This document shows, piece after piece, positions 55,120-64,000 of a stretch of DNA of 64,000 nt. A model generated the notes under the pieces. That model made no database searches. It saw only the letters and a program-made list of their open reading frames with translations, and was not told the origin of the DNA. Position numbers and translations under genes: made by a program. Within the stretch, counting starts at the first letter, position 1. The number at the start of each line of letters is the position of its first letter. The DNA comes from Eledone cirrhosa. Taxonomy: Eukaryota. The DNA is taken from positions 80,600,001-80,664,000 of the forward strand of contig OZ024740.1 in NCBI GenBank assembly GCA_964016885.1, in the 5' to 3' direction.

Positions 55120-55233
55120 AAAATGTTTAACCCCAACGGCAGAGCTCAAGCCGTTTCGACGGCTATTTCTGGACTCCAGAAATAGCCGTCGAAACAGCTT
55201 GAGTTCCGCCGTTGGGGTTAAACATTTTCCTAT
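55115..55233. repeat. 119-bp palindrome (1-nt spacer) made from a PLE 3' terminus
   Basis: Centre at 55174, 3 mismatches; arm matches 59562-59620. Confidence 0.9.
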
Positions 55234-55567
55234 TACCCACTCTACTACCCCAAATATTGAGTACTCTGGTGCGTTATGGTACATCTGGTTCCTTACCACA
55301 CCGCCTTCGTTATATATATATATATATATATGAGAGTATTGATTTTGCTTGAAGTATTGTGTAATAATAAGATTTATTTTCTTTTGGTGGTTTTGGAGGC
55401 CTCAACAATGCAGATGGGTAATTCTCCGGGTAACAGGATCCGGTGGTGAAGAGAGAGATGTAAGGGAATGAAGAATGAGATGTATAGTGTGTAGAGGAAC
55501 GTAGGAAAGAGCGTAAAAAATAAAAATAATAACACCAGATAGAGTTACCATGGGAGAGATTTAATTT

Positions 55568-55601
55568 CCCTATATTTCGGATTCGCATCCATCAACTGGG
55601 G
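55568..55601 (-). ncRNA. Atypical minimal hammerhead-like motif (CAGUUGA core); second copy at 58763-58796
   Basis: CCC-CAGUUGA-U-GGAU(GCGA)AUCC-GAAA-UA-UA-GGG. Confidence 0.5.
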
Positions 55602-55952
55602 GTTTTCGGGAGGGGGTATCTGTCGGGGAGGAACGGTACTTGTCATCTGCCGTTCGCTGTTTGTGACTAACTGAGGTATTCTGCAGAGCCCACGTGCGCG
55701 CGGAATAAGTGCGGTCAAGCATAGGTCGACGGTCGAAGCAGTTCTTTTAATTGTGGGAGTGGAATGGCGTTAGCTGCCAATCCATTGTACTATTTATCTG
55801 TGCTGGTTTTAGGTACTAGCAGTGTAGTATATTCGTATGCTTGTATGAGTCTGCCTACTCGGTGGATGGTGGCGGTGCTACACACACAATAACAATCGTT
55901 CGAATGCTACTGTGTGTGTGTGTCTGTGTTCGTGTGTTATATTCTCGTTTGT

Positions 55953-58553
55953 TTACACTAGCCACCTCATTTCGCTTCTCTCGGATCGGTTATTTATTTG
56001 TGACACTAGGCGTTTGATCCAAAGTGCTTCCTTGATTCGTAACGTGCCGACGTTGCGTTCTGTTGCTAGCACTTTGACAATGGGCCTTCCGCCTTTGTTT
56101 CCGCATTTGGTTATGTGTTTCCGGAAAGACGAGGCCCTGGTGTTGATGTGCTCCTTGATCCGGATGTGTAGCGGCCGGATTGTGCTACCGATATTGTAGT
56201 GGTTGCACTTGTCATATTCTACCTTATACACGACGTATGTGCCTAAGCAACAGTTCGTATGGCGCCTCGGACAGTTGCTGAGGGAGCACGCGACAGTCAA
56301 TTTACCGCGTTTCTCGGAGAGGCATCTTCGCAGGGAGGGGCCCAAGTAGGCCAGGTGGATGTCGAGACACTCTCTCCGTATAGCACTGCGGATAGCGTTG
56401 GTGGTATCCTCGCCCAGGTGTGGTATTTTAAGGAAGCACTTGCCTTGGGTGTTTCTCTGCCTCTTGCGCCTGGTGTCTCTTACTCTGTTTGTGAACGAGG
56501 CAGGGTACCCGTTCGTCTCCAGCACTTTGAGGAATCGCTTGGTGTGGGTGACACCACTCACGGGATCGCTGCATCTGTTTTTAATTCGCGTGATCTCGTT
56601 CGTGATGTACCCACTTTTAGCACTGTTAGGGAGGGCAGACTTGTAGTGGACGAACAGGTCACTCCATGCTGCCTTGTGGTAGAAGTTGGTGTGGATCCTC
56701 CCTGCTCCGTGATGTTGATTCGGAAGTATGTCGAGGAGGGCAAGTGACCCATCGTCGCTGGGGTGTTCAACACTGAAATCAATGTTCTCGTCCGTGTTGT
56801 TCAACGTCTCATGAATTCCGTTCCCCATTTCTTGGGAAGATGTGAGGATGAGGATGTCGTCCACGTACCTTGAGAAAAAGGCGACGGCGTTGGGGTGGCA
56901 GGTGTTGAGTGCCTTGCGCTCGAGGCTGTCCATCTATGAGATCGCTAGCACACCCGACAGTTTTGAGCCCATGGACAGCCCCGAGGTTTGCTGGTATGTT
57001 TGGTCGAAAAAACCGAAGTACGTGGTGTCAATGACGACGGATAGGAGTTGGTGGATGTCAGTGGGGGTGAGCCCGAAGAAGTGTAGGTCGGTAGATTGGA
57101 CGCATTCCATCAGTATTTCAACGGCCGGGAGCGCCGGGATCAAGGTGTAAAGAGCGACTGCATCAAGGCTGAAGGCATATCTGTTAGCCTTTCTGGTGTC
57201 GGAATCCATTTGATGCAGGCGCTCCAACACCTCCTCGGAGCTGTTTACATGTCCTGGAAACGTGTCTAGTATGGGTTTGAGTATTCTGGCTAGGAGCCAT
57301 GATATTTTGTAAAGCGGTCCTTCCACGCTCGATACAATAGGTCTGATCTTCAGGTCAGGTCCCTGTTTGTGTGTTTTCACAAGGTGGTAGAAGGCGGGTA
57401 GTCTGCTGTTCCTCGTGAGGAGGTTGTATCTGAGCTTCTTCGGGAGCTTCCGCCGGTCACAGATGTAGGTCCAGGCGGCGTTGATCTGCTCCTCGATCTG
57501 CGCGTAAGTGATTTTTGTGACTTTAGAGTAGAGGTTGTCATCGTCAAGGTGTTGGGAGGCAAGGGTGTTGTAGGCCTCTCTGCTGATGACGCAGAATTCT
57601 TTTCCCTTGTCAGAGGGTAGGTAGATGAGGTTCTTCGATTTCAGGTTGGAGAGAGTGGTGGGTTGAGATTTAGTGAGGTGGTGTGTTGTTCGTGTGTGTG
57701 TTTGTGTAGCATATCAGAGATGGAGTGTTTTAATCTGATGAGTTTAGTGTCGAGTTCGTGGGTTGTCGAGGTGGTAAGTGGGGCACTTGGGGCGGGTTGT
57801 GTGGGCGCTGTTATTTTCCGTGGCGCTGTTGATGGCGATCACCCATTTAAGTTGGTAGGCAGCTCGACAGATGTTGGCTTCGATGTCAAGTTTGAGCCTG
57901 TCGTCGAGTCGTTGTGAGACGATGAACTTGGGTCCGAGGCGTAGGAGTTCGAGTTCGTCGTTCGTGAGGGTGCCGGTTAGGTCGGTAACCAGGTGCGTCG
58001 CATCGTTGAGGTGTGGCTCGGTGTTGGTGGATGTGGCGGGGGCGGTTGTTACGTTGTTGTTTTCGACGTGGTTCTGGTCTGTCTGTTTGTTAGTGTCGGT
58101 TTTCTCGTTGTGGAGTTTAAGCAAGATTCACTCATATTTCCGCTTGAACCGTTTTTTTTCATGTTGGACTCTGGAGTGGTAGCACTGGTCGATTGCTTTT
58201 GTTATTTTAAGTAGCAAGTCGCCGGGTGTTAATGTTAGTCGATGTGTCCGCTCTGAGAGTGCCCGCTTATGGATGTGTAATTGGCGGTTGAGTTGTCTCA
58301 GGATCTGTTTCATACAGGAGCGGTGTATGAGGCTAGTGGTGTTTTTAAAAGCTGGTGTACGTAGGCACCCTGGTAAGCGGATATTCCTGATGGTGGTGGG
58401 GATGACCTCGTTTTTTAGGCAGCGTTTCAGGAAACTAATTTGACAGCCAACATTAGCCCATTTCTCCGACAGTCTAAAAAGTTCCCTTACGGATGCAAGC
58501 AATTCCTGGCTTAGGTGTAAGGATAAGAGAGTATTGAAGTTTGCTTGAAGCAT
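55953..58553 (-). pseudogene. PLE RT + GIY-YIG ORF with few lesions
   Basis: FLKRCL..IP, PSDKG, KTHK..RPIVS, LDAVALY, GLSMGS, RYVDD, VVY..YNIGST..RIKEH; in-frame stops at 58128 and 56934, frameshifts near 57660-57800. Confidence 0.9.
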
Positions 58554-59424
58554 TGTGGAATAATAAGATTTTTTTCCTTTTGGCCGTTTTGGAAGTCTCA
58601 ACAATGCAGATGGGTAATTCTCAGGGTACAGGATCCATTGGTGAAGCAAGACATGTAAGGGAATGTAGAATGAGGTGTATAGTGTGTAGAGGAACTTAGG
58701 GAAGAGCGTAAAAAATAAAATAATAACACGAGATAGAGTTCCCTCAGGAGAGATTAAATTGTCTCTATTTTTCGGATTCTCATCCATCAACTGGGGGAGG
58801 GGGTCCTCGAAGTTATCTGTCGGAGAAGAACAGTACGTGTCCTCTTCTGTTCGCTGTTTGTGACTAACAGAGGTATTCTGCAGGGCCCCGTGCGCGCGGA
58901 ATAACTGCGGTCAAATTTTTTTAAATGTGGGAGTGGGATGGCGTTAGCTGTCACTCCATTGTACTATTTATCTATGCTGGTTTTAGGTACTAGCAGTGTA
59001 TTATATTCGGATGGTAGTAGTAGTCTGCCTTGTCGGTGGATGGTGGCGGTGCTACACACACAATAATAATCGTTCGAATGCTACTGTGTGTGTGCGTGTG
59101 TTGTTGTCTCGTTTGTTTACACCAACCACCTCATTTCGCTTCTCTCAGATCGGTTATTTATTTGTGGCCCTAGGCGTTTGATCCAAAGTGCTTCCTTGAT
59201 TCGTAACGTGCCGACGTTAGGGACAATTAAATATAGGGACAATTAAATCTCACCCAAGGTAAATCTATCTCGTGTTATTATTTCTATTTTTTACGCTCTT
59301 TCCTACGTTCCTCTACACACTATACATCTCATTCTACATTCCCTTACATCTCTCTCTCTTCACTACCGGATCCTGTTACCCGGAGAATTACCCATCTGCA
59401 TTGTTGAGGCTTCCAAAACGTCCA

Positions 59425-59480
<56 letters not shown>

Positions 59481-59517
59481 GTATTATAGGTGCAAATTAA
59501 TTAATATATTTACATAT

Positions 59518-59564
<47 letters not shown>

Positions 59565-59574
59565 AACAAGTATG

Positions 59575-59670
59575 ACCCCAACGGCAGAGCTCAGGCCGTT
59601 TCGACGGCTAATTCTGGACTAAATAATGATCTTTAGCCTGGTAAATAAATAGCCGAATTTCTCAGGGGGT
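59575..59670 (-). ncRNA. Extended type I hammerhead with stable stem III, core decayed
   Basis: ACCCC-CUGAGAA..CGGCUA/UAGCCG..GAAA-CGGC/GCCG-UU-GGGGU. Confidence 0.6.
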
Positions 59671-60745
59671 AAAAAATAAGTACAATGAAAGGGAGTAAAC
59701 AAAAAAGCCATTATAAAAATGAGGAAATATATAAAAAATATAAAAAAAAACCTTTCTGGTTTCTACTCCCCTTCCACAATCACCAAATCTTCCATTGGTA
59801 TTGCTAAGCTATAGAAGAGTTTAATAGGTGAAGAGGAATACTAAATACGAGATTGTGGCGAAAGAATTTTATGAAGCCATCATTACAGGGGGTTTATTAC
59901 CACTACTATAGTTAGTAGTAATGATCAATGCTATCTTACAATGACAGGTTAATAAGTTGAGGTTCAACATACTAAAAAACTAATACGAAATATTAATTCA
60001 GAATCCCAAAACATAAATACTAATACAATATATATAAATACTAATACAATACATAAATACTAATGCAATATACATAAACACTAATATAATATATATAAAA
60101 AAACTAATCCGAAATATTAATTCAGAATCCCAAAACATAAATACTAATATACAAGAAACTAATGCAGAAATACCACTAAGAAATTTAGAAATCACGGAAA
60201 TGGGGCAGCAACCAGAAAGAAAGCAAGTATCTGGGGTCTAACACATCTGCTATAAAAAGCGTAATCGGCCAATTCTATCTTTAAATTAGGGGGGTGGGAG
60301 TACTGAGGATACAGAGGACCGATGGGCTACATGGGCGAGAAGGTGAAAAAAAAAAGACGACAAGGAAGGAGATCTGGGGTGGAAGGACTAGGAAGAGATG
60401 GGGGAAGAAGGAAGTATAGAGGAAAAGATAAAAAATATAAAAAAGTTACGTCTACCTTTGTAAGCAGGGGTAACCCCTTACAAAGTCAGCAAGTGGGGTC
60501 TTTTAGCCCTTGTCTACCCCCCCTCGGGTCATTATGGGGTTTGAATGCATGGTAAGTCCTACGCAATCTGTGTTTGCATGCAGTTACCAGTTCGTCTTTC
60601 TTGTTTAGGAGTTGGTCCTTCGAAAACAGCATTTGTAATGTTTCCTCCGAGCATAAGTTACACGGACGGCGTCATCCCGTGTAAGAGTTAGCTCTGGACA
60701 GTAAGGTCCAAGTGAGATTGTAGGTTATATTATTATCTTTGAGGT

Positions 60746-60938
60746 ATTATCTAGGGTGGTAGATTGGCAGAATCGGTAGAGCGTCAGACACCATGCTTTC
60801 TAGCATAGTTACGTCCCTTTACAGTCTGAGTTCAAATCCCACCGAGGTTAACTTTGCCTTTCATCCTTACGGGGTCGATAAAATAAAGTACCAGTAATGT
60901 ACTGGTTAATTGATGGCCTTGTGCCTAAAGTAGAAACA
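60746..60938 (+). mobile_element. Full-length tRNA-derived SINE with 17-bp target-site duplication
   Basis: A box TGGCAGAATCGG ~60764; B box GAGTTCAAATCC ~60828; TSD ATTATTATCTTTGAGGT at 60729-60745 and 60939-60955. Confidence 0.92.
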
Positions 60939-61820
60939 ATTATTATCTTTGAGGTCCCAGATGTGGCCCGAAAGTGTAGTGGCGTGACGCCGGGCCGGGT
61001 TTCGGAAAGTATGTCTGTGTAGGTAGAGCGGGGTCTTGAAGTCACAAGCGGTTAATCCTATATAAGCTTTGTTGGAGGTGTCCGTCCTCACGTTGCACTG
61101 GTAGATCACATTACGATCTCGGCATCTGTTGTTGAGGGGGAAAAGGGATCCATTAGGACAGTTACACCTCCTAGTCGGCCCTCCACTGCTATCTAGGTTA
61201 TTTCTTCCATAGGGGTTGAGTTTTTTGTTGTTAGAGGAGACGAAGTTTTGTGCAAAGTTAGGTGTGGTGCTGAAGGAGAGTTTGATGGTGTTTTTGTTGA
61301 TTATGTTGTGGTAGCGGTGTTGTAGTGTGAAGTGCTTTTCGATGGGCCTAAAGAATATTTTCTCGATAGGTGTTGTCACCTTGGTATTGTAGGGAGGATT
61401 GAACCACGTTACGTTGTGTCAGCGGCGGTGTCGCCTGCTGGTTCCGCTAATGGAAGCTGGATAATAGGATATTTCCTCCTGGAAGCCACTCCGCTTGAGG
61501 GCCTGGTTGTAATAAGGCTCATTAGCGGACAAACTAGATATGCGGAGGGAGATGTTTTTAACCAGGTTATTGGTGATGTTTGTAGGATGGTTCGACCGGC
61601 GGTGGATGTAATGTAGGTTGTCGTTTGGTTTCCTGTATGGGTAGTACAGATCGTTATCGAGGTTAAGGGTAACGTCCAGGAAGTTTACTCGGGTTAGGGA
61701 GGTTTGTATGGTTATTTTAAATCGCCATTAATTAGCTTCTTAAATCCCTATTAATCAGCTTCTTCCGCGACTGGCGATTTAAAATAACCCTACAAACGTC
61801 CCTCATCCGAGTAAACTTCC

Positions 61821-61986
61821 CCAGTCACTGAAGAGGTCATAGAATGTGTGACGAAAGCACTTTGACAATATATTAACAACCATCCGGTTGTAGAACCAAC
61901 CAACCAGCCGGAAATTTATAATAAATTGAAGTGAAAGCATCTGGTGCGTGTGTTTCTTATTGGCAACATGACCCTCCCAAAGTATG

Positions 61987-61991
<5 letters not shown>
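61821..61991 (+). mobile_element. Family A 3' terminus with hammerhead 61824-61866
   Basis: GUCA-CUGAAGA-G-GUCAUA/UGUGAC-GAAA-GCAC-UU-UGAC; ends at (TA)n. Confidence 0.85.
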
Positions 61992-62057
<66 letters not shown>

Positions 62058-62062
<5 letters not shown>

Positions 62063-64000
62063 AAACTTGGACGGGAACAAAACAGAGAGGCAGTACAAGT
62101 GAAAGTATATTAGGTTCACGCTGTTGAGAGTGGGGGGGGGGGGGGCATTCGGGCATAAGCCCTTCATCAGAAGAAAAGTGGGTAGGAAGAGAGTTCCGAG
62201 GGTGTGTAGGTGAGAGGTGTAAAGATATTTAGAAAAAGGGTGGGGGAGAGAAAAGAGGGGAAAAACGGTGCAAGGAGTACAAATAAAAATAAAAATAACC
62301 ATAAAGATAAACTAGTGGTGGAAGGGTGTGAGGCGTGTAGGGGTGGTGGCAGGTGGAGTTTGGAGAGGGAGGCGGGGTGTCCGAGCGGGGAGAGCTGAAT
62401 GTGGCGTTTGTGTATGTGTGTAGGTGTACGTGTGTGTGTGTGCGTGTGTATATGAATGTGAGAGTTTGGGGAAGAACGAGGTTCCATGTTCAGGAAAAGG
62501 TGTGTGCGTGGGGTAGGGTGTAGTCTCGATGTGTGCGTGCGTGTGGATGGGGAGGGGTCACAGGGGTGGGGGATGGGGCAATGTGGATTCCGGAGGCTGA
62601 GCGTGTATATGTGGGCGTACGAACGTGTGTGTTTGTGTTTATACGTGGTGTGGATGTAGGCGGCGTGGTTCGAAAACAAATGTGAGTGTATGTTCGTGGG
62701 TAAGTTCCTAAGGTAGTTCCATGGAGTGTGCGATGAGTGCTGGATATTTTTCATGTTATGGAGTGGATAGCTGGAACGATGATCAGTGGTGTGGAATCCA
62801 TTGGTTGTGGTGGTCGGAACTGGAGAGATGATGGGTGCGCGCGCAACAGGAAGTGGTCAGAGCGTCAAGGCAGGGTGAAGGGATAGCAGTAGAGGAGGAT
62901 TACAGGTGGAGAAATGGTCATGGTGTGGTGAGGACTGTGTGAGGACAGGGGAGAGGATGGGTAGGTGTGAAAGGTGGAGGGGCGTTGATGTGGGGGGGAT
63001 GGGGTGTGTATTAGTAGAGGTGTTAGTAGGATGAGTGTGTGTGAAGGGGTGTAGGTGGAGCGGGGAGAGGGAGACAAAATGTGTTGGAGACGGGGGAGGC
63101 AGAGTAGTGTACTAGTGTGTGTGTGCGTGTTTGGATGAGTGTGTGGGTAGTAAAGGAGGGTGTTAGTATACTGACTGTGGGGAAAGGGTTGAATGCGGGT
63201 GTGTAAGTGGGGGTTAGTGGTGGTTGGGTGTGTGGAATGGGTGGTGTATGTAGGTGTGGGTGTGTGTGTGTGTGAAGGTGTGTGTTCATATGCGTGGAGT
63301 TGGGGGATGTTAGTGGGGTGGTTGGAGTGGATGTGTGGGTGAGGGTTAGTGGTGGTAGTAGGGTGTGTGGATAATGTGAGTACGTGTATATATGAACAGG
63401 TGGGTGTGTGCGTGATAGGGGGAGGTGTGGGGGTGTTAGTATTGTTAGTTGCTGGAGGGGGGCCGGGAGTGGGTGGGGGTGTTGCTATTGTTATTTGCGG
63501 GATGGGCCAAGAGGGTGGGGTGGTGAAAAGGAGGAGTGTGTTAGTGGTGTTAGTGGAGGATGTGTGTGTGTGTATGTGGGGAGGGGGAACAGGGCGGTCG
63601 AAGGCTAAAGGAATAGGGGTGGGCAGTTAAGGCCGGGGGGGGGGGGGGTATGAAGGGTGAAGATGGTCCGTTGCTCGACTGTGAGGTGGGTGGTGGTTGT
63701 ACCATGGCATTGGAGTAGGCCACAGACTGTGAGGTGGTGGGCGGAATGTCCAGGGGAGCCAAAGTAGCGGGAGATGGGGGAACTCCGACCGAGACGAATA
63801 TCATTGAGATGTTCAGTGAAACGGTCCGTCAGGCGACGTGCAGTCTGTCCGACGGAGGTTGCGGTGCACTCCTTGCAGCGAAGTCCATAGACTAGGTTGG
63901 AGGAGGTGCAGCGGAAGGCGTGCCGGACAGAGAGAGAGTGGCCGTTGGGACCCTGGAAGGTGGTGGTGGGTGTTGGTGATATGGGGGCAGGTGTGGCAAC
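62058..64000 (-). mobile_element. Neptune-like PLE 3' part: GIY-YIG (~63620-64000), C/A-rich 3' UTR, damaged HHR at 62146-62175
   Basis: Hand translation CHTCPHI/..FRCTSSNLVYGLRCKEC..VGQTARRLTDRFTEH (absent from the ORF track); CUGAUGA-A-GGGC/GCCC-GAA interrupted by poly-C. Confidence 0.82.

Larger units (their letters stand above)
55331..59425 (-). mobile_element. Structurally complete PLE (Nematis/Poseidon-like) with two direct pLTRs and an inverted 5' segment
   Basis: Direct repeats 55332-56054 and 58527-59218; inverted 59219-59425; (TA)n at both ends. Confidence 0.92.
59562..61820 (-). mobile_element. Hydra-clade-like PLE, 5'-truncated with fold-back 5' end
   Basis: VNFLDVTLNL, CNC..FPL..C, AYIG, CKH; 61679-61728 inverted at 61772-61820. 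Confidence 0.85.

Noticed and set aside
58125-58130. In-frame TGA as selenocysteine (as in Naiad PLEs)
   Set aside because: Single TGA at a non-Cys-like position, explicable as CGA>TGA decay; the ORF also has a TAG and frameshifts; EN is C-terminal
60753-60845. tRNA gene
   Set aside because: A and B boxes are present but there is no cloverleaf; it has a SINE body and TSD

Overview
AT-rich, microsatellite-saturated eukaryotic (metazoan) DNA made almost entirely of retroelements. The tRNA-derived SINE and the repeat landscape suggest an octopus/coleoid cephalopod; this is an inference from recalled SINE sequence. No host protein-coding exon could be supported. Contents: (i) a decayed full-length L1/Tx1-type LINE nested in an R4/Dong-type RLE LINE; (ii) a cluster of R4/Dong-type copies whose 3' ends all abut (TATG)n; (iii) at least four Penelope-like element (PLE; RT + C-terminal GIY-YIG) lineages inserted in (TA)n, with the typical tandem and inverted pseudo-LTR architecture; (iv) tRNA SINEs plus CRE- and RTE-like fragments. 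The main unannotated signal is about 25 intact or decayed type I hammerhead ribozyme (HHR) motifs read by eye. They include an ORF-less 420-bp tandem array with one minimal HHR per unit (retrozyme-like, predicted to give ~420-nt monomers or circles), a solo ORF-less unit with an intact HHR, a fold-back element with two divergent HHRs, and a non-canonical CAGUUGA-core variant. The SINE and the Tx1 LINE also share a 3' tail and an ATT target, which suggests a SINE-LINE partnership. All structures and clade names were assigned by eye, without database or folding tools.
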